From: a virus
Virus record (IMG/VR): IMGVR_UViG_3300027028_000045
Location: 2,307 to 66,306 of that record
Length of the DNA stretch: 64,000 bases
Reading direction: 5' to 3' (one strand)
Shown: positions 1-8,685 of the stretch, in pieces
Layout of the letters: each line of letters begins with the position of its first letter
Position numbering within the stretch: the stretch's first letter is position 1
Notes under the pieces: generated by a model
Databases searched by the model: none
Seen by the model: only the letters and a program-made list of their open reading frames with translations
What the model was told of the DNA's origin: nothing
Translations under genes and position numbers: made by a program

Positions 1-261
1 TATTTTACCGATCCGACCAAAGCGCCGGGCTGGGCGCGTAAATTAGCCGAGAACCCTGACACTGACCCAACGCCGGTCGAGCGCTGGCGAGAAGTTTCGT
101 TCCATTCTACGGTTGATCGCGCTGTCTTGGACGTCATGAACCGACGGATTAAAACTTCGGACGCGGCTTCACTCGCCGAGATCGCGCAAATGGTACGGGA
201 ATTTCGCACTGAATTAGCGGCGGCGCTGACGATCGAGGGCGCTAATACTACGGACAAATAA
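1..261 (+). CDS. hypothetical phage protein, 5'-truncated by window edge
   Basis: Frame 1 is open from base 1 to TAA at 259-261 (YFTDPTKAPGW...NTTDK), followed by RBS GGAGG of the next gene. Confidence 0.6.
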   Translation, partial: YFTDPTKAPGWARKLAENPDTDPTPVERWREVSFHSTVDRAVLDVMNRRIKTSDAASLAEIAQMVREFRTELAAALTIEGANTTDK

Positions 262-284
262 AACGGGTAGGAGGCGGTTAAATC

Positions 285-479
285 GTGACTAAAACGAAAG
301 ATCAAGAAATCGCAGAATTACGACAGGCAATGGCGGCGCTTATTGCGGAGAATGAACGAATGGAGCGCCTAATGAAATTAATCGAATGGAAGTCGGATAT
401 AGTTGACGAAAATGTCGATACCGTTTCGATAATTCTACTATACGAAATTAACTCGCACGCAAGGGAGGCGTTAAAATGA
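285..479 (+). CDS. hypothetical phage protein
   Basis: ORF with GGAGG RBS; ATGA overlap with the next ORF. Confidence 0.7.
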   Translation: MTKTKDQEIAELRQAMAALIAENERMERLMKLIEWKSDIVDENVDTVSIILLYEINSHAREALK

Positions 480-820
480 AGCCGGAAATTACGAAAGAGC
501 AGGCGGAAGCTATCGAGTTTCTACGGGAGCACTACGACGACCGTCGCATACTAGAACTATATGACGAGGATGTTATCGGGCATATGCACCAAATGTACGG
601 ACATGATTGCGGGTCTCTGTACGATCTTGAACTAATCGAATTAGCCGCCGCGCTGATTAACGGATACGAAATCGGCAAGTCACCGGAAGAGACACTACAA
701 GAGTATTACGTAGAGGCCTTGCACACAGCTAGAGACGAGGCGACCGGTCACGATATACAAGACGCCATCAGGTATACGCTCGAAACGCTCGGCATCAAAA
801 TCGAAGGGGTGAATGCGTAA
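476..820 (+). CDS. hypothetical phage protein
   Basis: 114-aa ORF translationally coupled on both sides. Confidence 0.75.
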   Translation: MKPEITKEQAEAIEFLREHYDDRRILELYDEDVIGHMHQMYGHDCGSLYDLELIELAAALINGYEIGKSPEETLQEYYVEALHTARDEATGHDIQDAIRYTLETLGIKIEGVNA

Positions 821-1098
821 TGTACGACAAACCGTTATACATCGTGAAAGGTTCATATCGAGTAGGCGGAAACTTTACGTACTATACGACCGAAGAGGAA
901 TATAAACGACTGAAGGCGTTAGGTACTGAGCGTTTAATGAATCGAGACTTACTAACGATTGATACGACTTGGAACGAAAATTACAGCAGTTGTCACGGAG
1001 AAGTTACCATTTCAACGCGTGGTCTATGCCGATTACAGCTCGAGTATAACCCGGACGCAAAACGTAAGGAGGAACGGGAGAATGCCCGAAATAAATAA
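820..1098 (+). CDS. hypothetical phage protein
   Basis: TAATG overlap with the previous ORF. Confidence 0.65.
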   Translation: MYDKPLYIVKGSYRVGGNFTYYTTEEEYKRLKALGTERLMNRDLLTIDTTWNENYSSCHGEVTISTRGLCRLQLEYNPDAKRKEERENARNK

Positions 1099-1450
1099 AC
1101 CCATCGATAAATGGACGGCGCGCGACTTCATCGTCTATCTGCACGACCGCCACCTCGAAGTCTACGGCATCAAATACGTCGCTAACAATCGCGGCATGGA
1201 AGCGCGGAACCTAAAGACGATGATCGGCGAGTATGGGGCGGCTATCGTCCGGGATTTTATCGACGCTTGCTTTGCGGCTAAGAAACCGACGGCTCAGTGG
1301 CCGGGCTGCAACTTCGGTTTTATGTTTTCGTATATGCGAGACCGTCACTTGCCGCCATTGCTCGCGAAGCAGAAGACGGCTCAACAGACGGAAGAAGACG
1401 ATCAGAGGGCGGCTGCACAGTCGCAAATAAACTACGGGGAGTTGTTTTGA
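1082..1450 (+). CDS. putative replication initiator / helicase-loader partner (DnaD C-terminal-like helical protein)
   Basis: Start re-called at ATG 1082 after GGGAG; helical protein (IVRDFIDACF...NFGFMFSY) upstream of the DnaC-like ATPase; function inferred from context. Confidence 0.45.
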   Translation: MPEINKPIDKWTARDFIVYLHDRHLEVYGIKYVANNRGMEARNLKTMIGEYGAAIVRDFIDACFAAKKPTAQWPGCNFGFMFSYMRDRHLPPLLAKQKTAQQTEEDDQRAAAQSQINYGELF

Positions 1451-1451
1451 T

Positions 1452-2267
1452 ATGACGCAATATAAGACGGAGAAACGTAAGGCAAGCGTGGGCGAACGTA
1501 TCTTGATTACGAATGTAGATGTGCATGAAACGCGATACGAAAATGGCGCTGTTCTAGATGTTATAGATTCTCAGGGACGGATAGTACACGATAAAAATGG
1601 CCGACTTATCTACGACCATGAGTACGAAGTCATCGTCGGAGAACACACGCCAACCCCGAACCTAGACGAAATGGACTATGACGAATTAGTTGCGCTAAGC
1701 GAATCCGTAATGAAGGCGCTAAGAACACGCTCATTTAAGCTAGGATACGATCAGGGTCGTTTTGATGCGGATATCGAGGCGGCGCACGGTACGTATGAGA
1801 AATCCGATCAGCAGAAAAGGGATGAGATCGTTGCGCAGGCGAAGGAAGACGTCGAGACACTGAAAATGCGTAATCGATTATCAAAGGCGTTTAATATCGA
1901 GATCAGCGTTAACGCGGAAAACAGATCCGTTGAAGCTACGGCTAAAGTACCGAATAGTCGCAAAGCGTTTTACGGAATTGCCAAATGCGCACCTGACGAT
2001 TGCTTCAACGAACACATCGGTAAGGCTATCGCGCTGAGACGTGCGTTAGGACTCGAGGTGCCGGCGGAATATCTATATACGCCACAACCGACTGAAGTAC
2101 GTGTGGGTGACTTTGTTAGGGGAAGGCAAGCAAACGGAGTTGAGTTCTACGAAGAAACAATAAAAAACATTAAAGATGGAGCGTATTACTATGACGACGG
2201 ATTTGATTTCATAAGTAATGCCGAACTTGTAATCATTGACGATTCGAGAGCGGGTGTGGGCGAGTGA
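1452..2267 (+). CDS. phage protein with SH3/KOW-like modules
   Basis: ASVGERILIT and EVRVGDFVRG motifs resemble modules in ORFs 11761 and 28963. Confidence 0.6.
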   Translation: MTQYKTEKRKASVGERILITNVDVHETRYENGAVLDVIDSQGRIVHDKNGRLIYDHEYEVIVGEHTPTPNLDEMDYDELVALSESVMKALRTRSFKLGYDQGRFDADIEAAHGTYEKSDQQKRDEIVAQAKEDVETLKMRNRLSKAFNIEISVNAENRSVEATAKVPNSRKAFYGIAKCAPDDCFNEHIGKAIALRRALGLEVPAEYLYTPQPTEVRVGDFVRGRQANGVEFYEETIKNIKDGAYYYDDGFDFISNAELVIIDDSRAGVGE

Positions 2268-2476
2268 AAACGGTAAATGTATCGTACTTCAGGACAAGAG
2301 GTAAGTTTTACATTGACGAAACGATTGAGATTTCGGAAGAGCTAAGCGGCTATGATGCGCTATTTCATGAGATTCCGAAGCATCATCGAATAAAAAACAT
2401 GATCATGTCGGTGTCGGATAGCGGCGACGGAAAAGAACCGTATATCGTTCCGCATTTATTCTTTCCTAAAAACTGA
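2264..2476 (+). CDS. hypothetical phage protein
   Basis: GTGA overlap with the previous ORF. Confidence 0.65.
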   Translation: MKTVNVSYFRTRGKFYIDETIEISEELSGYDALFHEIPKHHRIKNMIMSVSDSGDGKEPYIVPHLFFPKN

Positions 2477-2496
2477 CCGAAAGGAGGCGGCTATGA

Positions 2497-3258
2497 ATGA
2501 CGAATGAATCACGATGCCTACTCGCAAGCAAATGCGCCCAAGCTGGCGGCGTTAATTGTACGAAACACTGCGAACTATACCTCGGCTTGCACGGCTTAGA
2601 TGGCGGAGGCGGACGGTCGGGCGCAGCTGGATTGGCGGAAGACTATCGGCTAGTGACGCTTAAGAATTCGCCGGCACGTGCCGACCAATCCGGAGCTTAC
2701 AAGGCGGCCGATGTATATGCGCAGACGTTCGACCGCCAATTCGATGCTGATGCTGAACGTATTAAATCACTATATTTATACAGCGCGAAATCAGGCACCG
2801 GTAAAACGACGACGGCGGCGGCTCTGTTAAACGAATATTTAACGGTCCATTACATTGGCGCCTTAAAACGGGGCGTTCAGCCCGACCAGCGACCGGCGTA
2901 TTTCCTCGACGTCAACGCGTGGCAGAACGAATACAACGAGTTTAATAGACCGCGAGTTCCGGACTCAATCGCAGAGCCGGCGGCTAAAAGATATTACGAG
3001 GCGCTAGAAGCGGCAAAACGGGCACCTTTCGCAGTGCTGGACGAAATAGGCATGAGAGACGTAACGGAAGGATTTCGCGGCGATTTGCATACGATAATCA
3101 ACTATCGCGTGACTAACCGAATGCCGACCGTTTATACGTCGAACATTAAAATAGAAGACTTACCGGAAGTGTTCGGAGAAGCTCGACTGGCGGACCGGAT
3201 CGCCGACCAGTGCAGAGAAATCGTCTTTGCGGGCGGATCAAAAAGGAGGCGGCTGTAA
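2497..3258 (+). CDS. DnaC/IstB-like AAA+ helicase loader
   Basis: Walker A SGTGKTT, Walker B AVLDEIG, R..NRMPTVYTSN and RLADRI motifs; N-terminal Cys cluster. Confidence 0.88.
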   Translation: MTNESRCLLASKCAQAGGVNCTKHCELYLGLHGLDGGGGRSGAAGLAEDYRLVTLKNSPARADQSGAYKAADVYAQTFDRQFDADAERIKSLYLYSAKSGTGKTTTAAALLNEYLTVHYIGALKRGVQPDQRPAYFLDVNAWQNEYNEFNRPRVPDSIAEPAAKRYYEALEAAKRAPFAVLDEIGMRDVTEGFRGDLHTIINYRVTNRMPTVYTSNIKIEDLPEVFGEARLADRIADQCREIVFAGGSKRRRL

Positions 3259-3885
3259 ATGAGCGGCTTATCATTGACGGAAATTCAGTACCTACGCGAC
3301 CTGCTCGTTGCGGATTCGTTGGCTAACGGAGAAGGCGCAGCAAAACTCGCCATCTTCGATAAACTCGATGCGCTAGAATTTGCGGACCACACGCCGGCCT
3401 ATAAAACTGGCGATCTCGTGGCGGTCGGCGGCTACGAAGGACGCGTCTTTTACATTGACTGCGCGCGGTACATCGAGGAAACGTCGAAAGAGGCCGTCTT
3501 TAACTTCATAGAATACGACCTGTACGACGCGATTAACGGCGAGTGGCTAGAAGCGTTCGAGGCGGACATGACGTTGTTAGCTAACGCGCTTGTTGCGGAG
3601 GATTACTTGGCGGACTTCAATCTCGAAGACTATCCGCCTGCTAGAAGTACCGTTTATCTAATAAACTACGAGACGGAGGCGGTTGATATGGCGGCTAAAG
3701 AACAACCGATAATGAGCCGAGTACAAAAGCGTAAGCAGGAACGTAAACAGGCGGCGGAAAGAGTCGATATTCTACTCGATACTTACAATAGTTACAAGGC
3801 GAGCTTTGAGATGACGGGTGATGAGTCGCTCAAGGCGAAAATGGACGAAGTAATGGCGCAATTGAAAGGCGATGAACAGTCATGA
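3259..3885 (+). CDS. hypothetical phage protein
   Basis: 208-aa ORF in the replication operon. Confidence 0.7.
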   Translation: MSGLSLTEIQYLRDLLVADSLANGEGAAKLAIFDKLDALEFADHTPAYKTGDLVAVGGYEGRVFYIDCARYIEETSKEAVFNFIEYDLYDAINGEWLEAFEADMTLLANALVAEDYLADFNLEDYPPARSTVYLINYETEAVDMAAKEQPIMSRVQKRKQERKQAAERVDILLDTYNSYKASFEMTGDESLKAKMDEVMAQLKGDEQS

Positions 3886-4076
3886 AAATCGGTCATTTAA
3901 CTTTTGGAACACCGGAATATGTTCGCGTGACTAAGATGGCAGAGCGTGATGCAAAAGAATCAGACGCGATGGTGGCATGGGATGAGTGGTTTTATGGCCT
4001 AGGCGATAGGTTAACGACAGCCGAACGGGCTGTCCTGGGAACTATCCACGAAGAGATCGAGAGCAAACTATATTAG
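3882..4076 (+). CDS. hypothetical phage protein
   Basis: ATGA overlap with the previous ORF. Confidence 0.6.
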   Translation: MKIGHLTFGTPEYVRVTKMAERDAKESDAMVAWDEWFYGLGDRLTTAERAVLGTIHEEIESKLY

Positions 4077-4093
4077 AAAGGAGCTGAACGCCG

Positions 4094-5485
4094 ATGAGTT
4101 TCGGAACTAGTCTTTTATCGAAAGTAATCGAAGCGAACGACCCATCCGCCTTATTGCGCTACGGCTTAACGCGCAAAGATTTTCAAACGGATGGCGAAAG
4201 GGCAGCCTTCGAATACATCAGCGCATATGCGGAAAAGCACGGAAACCAAGCGCCGACCGCCGAAATGGTTGCGACTGAAGTGCCGACATTCCAGCCGGAA
4301 TTTAGTATTGACGCGACCTTTGAATACTTAGCGAAGAAGGCGAAGGAATCTGCGGTGATGAACGATTTCGCTTCGAAATTTAATGATAAATACGGAGCGA
4401 ACGGTGTCAAGACGGCGGACTCTGACTTTGTTCAACGGTTCAACCGCGCGCAGGAAAGTGGAAATCCGCAGGAGTTATTTGATTGGTTGAAAACCGTCGC
4501 GGAACAGAGTATAATGAGAACAAGCGTTCGTAAAACGGTGGGAACAAACGTCGTAAGAGATGTAGATAAATTCCGTGCCGAATATGAAAAACGGAAGTCC
4601 GGCGAGTCATTTCGTATTTGGAACAGCAAGTTTCCGGCACTTAATACGGCAATCGGCGGCTATGTCAGTTCGAATATGTACGTTGTCTACGGAAAATCGG
4701 GACGCGGCAAGTCGGCGATTACGCTGGAAGAAGTCATTCACTGCGCAATTCAAGGCGCAAATACGCTCATATGGTCGATGGAGATGGGCTGGTTCGAAGT
4801 TCTCGTTCGCATCTACGTTTCACTTTCCGGGGATCAGGGCGTCGCTTTAACCGAAATTGACGGTCAGCAAATGGAGGCCGGATTTGATTCGAGGTCAGTT
4901 CGCCAGGGCAAGTTATCGGAGGAATTCGAGGCGGCCTTTATGGACTTTATCGAGACGTTAAATACGATTATCGACGGTTCTATTACAGTGCGTGCAGTTG
5001 ACGACAAAGACTTCGATTCTCGTTCGCTAAAAGACCTTAAAGCGGACATTGAGCAAACGAAAGCGGACGTCGTGATGGTCGACCCGTTTTATTACTTAGA
5101 TTACGAGTCCAACTCGAATAAGACGACGGGCGGGGCAGCCGCCGATACCTCTAAAAAGATGCGCCGTTTAGCCGGGACAATGGACGTTGTCATTTTCGCT
5201 ATCACACAAGCCGGAGAAGATGACGCAACCGAAGACGAAGCCGGTAATCGCGAAATTAAGTTGCCGAAGCGTAAGGACGTAAAGAAAACGTCGGCTTTAC
5301 TGGAAGATGCGGCGGTGTTGATACCGGTTGATACGAATGCAAAGGAAGGACGCGGTTTGATCGGCGTAAATAAAGGACGTGACGGAGGAGAGGATGAAGT
5401 CGTCGAGATCGTCTATCTTCCGCAAGTCGGGCTAATCAAGCAGGTGGCAGCCGGAGAGATTGAGTTAAAAGCCTACGGTTTCTAG
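4094..5485 (+). CDS. replicative DNA helicase, DnaB/SF4 family
   Basis: Walker A GKSGRGKS, WSMEM, VMVDPFYYL, FAITQ, NKGRDG motifs. Confidence 0.92.
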   Translation: MSFGTSLLSKVIEANDPSALLRYGLTRKDFQTDGERAAFEYISAYAEKHGNQAPTAEMVATEVPTFQPEFSIDATFEYLAKKAKESAVMNDFASKFNDKYGANGVKTADSDFVQRFNRAQESGNPQELFDWLKTVAEQSIMRTSVRKTVGTNVVRDVDKFRAEYEKRKSGESFRIWNSKFPALNTAIGGYVSSNMYVVYGKSGRGKSAITLEEVIHCAIQGANTLIWSMEMGWFEVLVRIYVSLSGDQGVALTEIDGQQMEAGFDSRSVRQGKLSEEFEAAFMDFIETLNTIIDGSITVRAVDDKDFDSRSLKDLKADIEQTKADVVMVDPFYYLDYESNSNKTTGGAAADTSKKMRRLAGTMDVVIFAITQAGEDDATEDEAGNREIKLPKRKDVKKTSALLEDAAVLIPVDTNAKEGRGLIGVNKGRDGGEDEVVEIVYLPQVGLIKQVAAGEIELKAYGF

Positions 5486-5607
5486 CGATATGGTTTTAAA
5501 TGTAATACGTACCAACAATTACACTAAATAATTCTGAATTTTTTCGACAAATTACGACTACAATGTCGATTGGTTTAGTGTAATATAACGAAAGGAGTCG
5601 TATATAC

Positions 5608-6609
5608 ATGTCGATCATTACGATTAATGGCGTCCCGACGGACGTCGACATACGCGAAGAATTAGAACTTTTTGAATGGGATCGTCCTACGTGGCACGCT
5701 GACCGATTAACGGCGGCAAGCCCTTTTCGCGATGACCGTACTCCTAGTTTTTATGTTTATTACGAAGACACCTCGACAGCCAAGGCCGGATATTTCGGAG
5801 ACAGCGGCACGGGCGAACGTGGCGGATTCATTAAACTGCTCGCATTCTTGCGTGAAGAAACCGAGGAAGAGACGGCTTCTTACCTCGTCGAGACCTATGG
5901 TACTGGCGAAGGTGATACACGCCTAAAACTCCGCATTCCGCGTTTAAAAATCGTTGAGCCTAGACGGCCATTAGCCGAAAGTTTACTGACCGACGTTAAA
6001 ATCGGCCCGAATGCTTACTTAACTAACCGCGGAATAAGCGAAGACGTCCAGCGCGAAGCAGGCGTAGGCTTGATCGGAAAAACGGCCGTGATTCCGTGGC
6101 GGTTGCCTAACAAGCGTCTGGCAAACGTAAAATACCGATCAACGCGCAATAAAGCGTTTTGGTACGCGAAAGGCGGCTGGCCTATCCGCGAGCTGATCTA
6201 CGGAATAGAAACCGTATATGCTGATCGCGCTAAAACAGCGGTGCTTGCCGAGGCTGAAATCGATGCGCTTTCGTGGCGTACGGTGGGCTTTTGCGGCATT
6301 GCGACAGGCGGCAGTAAATTTTCCGACCGAAAGGCGGAAATAATTGCGCAGTCGCCGATCGAATATTTAATAGTAATTACGGATAATGACGAAGCCGGAA
6401 CAAAACTTCGGAAGGAGGTCGAGCTAAAGATGCGCGGTGAAGTCAGGCTTGCGCACGGTTATATAACGGAAGGATTTAAGGATGCGAATGAATTATTAAT
6501 AGCGGAAGGTGAGGGCGCTCTTAAGCGAGTTGTTGATCGTGCGGAGGCGGAAAGTATTAACGTAAGGTTCGGGAATATACGAACTTCCGGTCGGCGGAGG
6601 TTGTCTTAA
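5608..6609 (+). CDS. DNA primase (Toprim) with degenerate zinc-binding domain
   Basis: SPFRDDRTPSF N-terminus; Toprim EAEIDALS, TDND, KDANE motifs; follows helicase. Confidence 0.88.
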   Translation: MSIITINGVPTDVDIREELELFEWDRPTWHADRLTAASPFRDDRTPSFYVYYEDTSTAKAGYFGDSGTGERGGFIKLLAFLREETEEETASYLVETYGTGEGDTRLKLRIPRLKIVEPRRPLAESLLTDVKIGPNAYLTNRGISEDVQREAGVGLIGKTAVIPWRLPNKRLANVKYRSTRNKAFWYAKGGWPIRELIYGIETVYADRAKTAVLAEAEIDALSWRTVGFCGIATGGSKFSDRKAEIIAQSPIEYLIVITDNDEAGTKLRKEVELKMRGEVRLAHGYITEGFKDANELLIAEGEGALKRVVDRAEAESINVRFGNIRTSGRRRLS

Positions 6610-6875
6610 CCCTCCGTGTTGCTACCGGATAAAGGACGCCAATCATATAAGGCTTCGACCGGGCAGTCGAGGCAGCGCGCTATGGAATACGCCATTTCAA
6701 CGTTAGGAATGTTCCTTAGCGAAATATAATCGGAAAGGTGCGTTTTAGAGATTCCGACCATATCTGCGAGTTGGGTAAGCGTGTAGCCGCGTTTATAGCA
6801 CAGCTCCTTTATCCGGCAAGATACGACCGAATACTGCGAGATAAACACCTCCGCAAAGCATTTCAATCCACGCAC
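6606..6875 (-). CDS. XRE-family HTH transcriptional regulator
   Basis: RIKEL..KRGYTLTQLADMVGISKTHLSDYISLRNIPNVEMAYSIARCLDCPVEALY; exact start uncertain. Confidence 0.88.
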   Translation of the reverse strand: MRGLKCFAEVFISQYSVVSCRIKELCYKRGYTLTQLADMVGISKTHLSDYISLRNIPNVEMAYSIARCLDCPVEALYDWRPLSGSNTEG

Positions 6876-6887
6876 TAATGCGCGTGC
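6872..6887. promoter_or_regulatory. candidate operator GCAC-N8-GTGC, copy 1
   Basis: GCACTAATGCGCGTGC just downstream of the reverse-strand extended -10 TGTGATATAAT. Confidence 0.45.
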
Positions 6888-6919
6888 TTTACGAAGGAAA
6901 TTATATCACATAACCGCCG

Positions 6920-7126
6920 TCATTCGGGCGGATTTGGAAGAATACGGACAACCTTTTCGATAGGCACGTCCAATTCGAGGCAAACGGCTTCTATAGTTGA
7001 TAAACTAACAGGCTTGTCCTCGTTAATCTTTGTTACAAGGTTCCTATGGATGACTTTATCCCTTAGAATTCCAGTTGTTAATCCTCTTTCAGCCAGGTAA
7101 GTCCTAAGCGGTTCATAACTAATCAT
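6920..7126 (-). CDS. XRE/Cro-like HTH regulator
   Basis: MISYEPLRTYLAERGLT...VSLSTIEAVCLELDVPIEKVV; RBS AAGGAG before ATG 7126. Confidence 0.85.
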   Translation of the reverse strand: MISYEPLRTYLAERGLTTGILRDKVIHRNLVTKINEDKPVSLSTIEAVCLELDVPIEKVVRILPNPPE

Positions 7127-7155
7127 AAAAAAATCTCCTTTTTCCTTAAATTCCC

Positions 7156-7171
7156 GCACACAAAAGTGTGC
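7156..7171. promoter_or_regulatory. palindromic operator GCACAC-AAAA-GTGTGC between the divergent xre and aimR promoters
   Basis: Perfect 6-bp inverted repeat at the -35 position of the aimR extended -10 TGtTATATT (7177-7185); reverse promoter TAGACT-17-TATAAT lies at 7183-7211. Confidence 0.6.
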
Positions 7172-7226
7172 ATTTATGTTATATTATAAACAGAGAGAAG
7201 GCGCAAGTCTATAAGGGGTGTGTATT

Positions 7227-8393
7227 ATGCAGTCAATTAAAGATGATTTTATCAACCTCAGAGAAAAATACGACTTAAGTATAACATGTATTTCCACAAA
7301 AACAGGAATTAACCAAGATGTGCTATATGAGTTTACTGATAGCGGATCTATCGGATTTAAGCACTTGGTAACACTTTCGAAGTTCTTCTACAAAGAGGAC
7401 TATCACGAAACAATGCGTGAATGGTGCATGAAAATAGAATCTTCTGAATGGCTTAAACAGGCTTTTGAGTACGCTGCCTTAAAAAGAGATACAGAGTTAC
7501 TTGGTATGCTTCTTGAAAAAAACAAGGGAGAGCCAGGCGTTAAGCAATTCGTTGAGATGTATAGTATTTTGTTAGATTTCATGACTGATAGAATTAATTT
7601 CAATGAATTATGTAAGAATGTAAAAAATCAAAAAGTATCAAGTTCAAAAGACCTCGCGGTATTGAGAGATATTTATAACTGTGTTTCTCTTTACTATGAA
7701 GGAGATTTTCTCGGAATGGCTCGGGTAGCGAATGATATAAATAATTCCGTTAAAAAGATAGGTAAAAGAAGAGCGTTTTTCAGAGAGTCATTCTCTTATC
7801 GTTTATCAGAATTACTAGCCCCAGCATATCTCCATTTAAATGATTTGGAATTATGCCGCGAACATGCACAGGTCCTGGTTGAAACCGGGCTCAATTATAA
7901 GCATATATCTGATGGATATTACTATTTAGGTATGTGTAACTTATACGAAGACAAAGGAACATGTTTAGATTTTTTAATTAAAAGTGTAGATTATGCAAAG
8001 ATGACAAATGAAGATGTCTTAATTTCTGAAGCGATGAATAATTTAAAATTCGTCAAAACACTTTTTGATTTCTTAAATGGTGGTAAAGTACCTGATCTAA
8101 CAACATTCGCGGACAAATTACTTCTAGGGGGTGATGAGGATTTTATAGTATACTTTAACTACGTTAAGGGAAGGGAATTGGGAGACATATATAAAGCATT
8201 CAGCCATTTCCACAAAGAGATGAATTTCTTTTTCGCTTCACTCGCAGCGGAGACCTTACGTATTGTTGGGGTAGACCCTAATCAGGTTAAAGCTTTAAAG
8301 GAGATCAAATTAAAAACTAAGGGAGCTGTTGTTTATGAAAAAGATTTTATTAACGGGTTTTGTTTTAGGGGCATTAGTTCTTTCGCTTCTTAA
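7227..8393 (+). CDS. aimR: arbitrium peptide receptor AimR (HTH plus TPR)
   Basis: About 388 aa, N-terminal HTH, helical TPR-like body (ISDGYYYLGMCNL), AT-rich, immediately followed by a signal-peptide small ORF; start ATG 7227 (or GTG 7218). Confidence 0.85.
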   Translation: MQSIKDDFINLREKYDLSITCISTKTGINQDVLYEFTDSGSIGFKHLVTLSKFFYKEDYHETMREWCMKIESSEWLKQAFEYAALKRDTELLGMLLEKNKGEPGVKQFVEMYSILLDFMTDRINFNELCKNVKNQKVSSSKDLAVLRDIYNCVSLYYEGDFLGMARVANDINNSVKKIGKRRAFFRESFSYRLSELLAPAYLHLNDLELCREHAQVLVETGLNYKHISDGYYYLGMCNLYEDKGTCLDFLIKSVDYAKMTNEDVLISEAMNNLKFVKTLFDFLNGGKVPDLTTFADKLLLGGDEDFIVYFNYVKGRELGDIYKAFSHFHKEMNFFFASLAAETLRIVGVDPNQVKALKEIKLKTKGAVVYEKDFINGFCFRGISSFAS

Positions 8394-8469
8394 TACAGAA
8401 GGATCAACAAAAGATTTAGCAAATGATAGTACACCAATACAGACAAGCGCAATAAAAGTAGGCGGATAA
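8335..8469 (+). CDS. aimP: arbitrium pro-peptide AimP, 44 aa
   Basis: Translated by hand: MKKILLTGFVLGALVLSLLNTEGSTKDLANDSTPIQTSAIKVGG; RBS GGGAG; Sec-type signal peptide; overlaps the aimR 3' end by 59 nt. Confidence 0.88.
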   Translation: MKKILLTGFVLGALVLSLLNTEGSTKDLANDSTPIQTSAIKVGG

Positions 8470-8475
8470 AAGATC

Positions 8476-8499
8476 GGGCCAATTGGCCTTTTTCTTTTG
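8476..8499 (+). terminator. intrinsic terminator after aimP
   Basis: GGGCC-AATT-GGCCT hairpin followed by a T tract; short stem. Confidence 0.5.
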
Positions 8500-8622
8500 T
8501 CTTTTTTTATGATATTTTTCGGAAAAGTCTAAAAAACTAAGATTATCCAAAAACCACAATCTTCTCCTCTTCAGATGCTAATATATGGTCATGGAAGAAA
8601 AAATATAAAAAACTTTATATCA

Positions 8623-8659
8623 AATGTCCCGAAACTAACAGACCATATGCGACTGTATA
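8623..8659 (+). promoter_or_regulatory. candidate phage-sigma promoter, copy 1
   Basis: AATGTCCCGA-N14-ATGCGACTGTATA; both blocks and the spacing recur at 25436-25472. Confidence 0.6.
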
Positions 8660-8685
8660 GGTGTAAGGGACGGGAGGAGAAAAAC

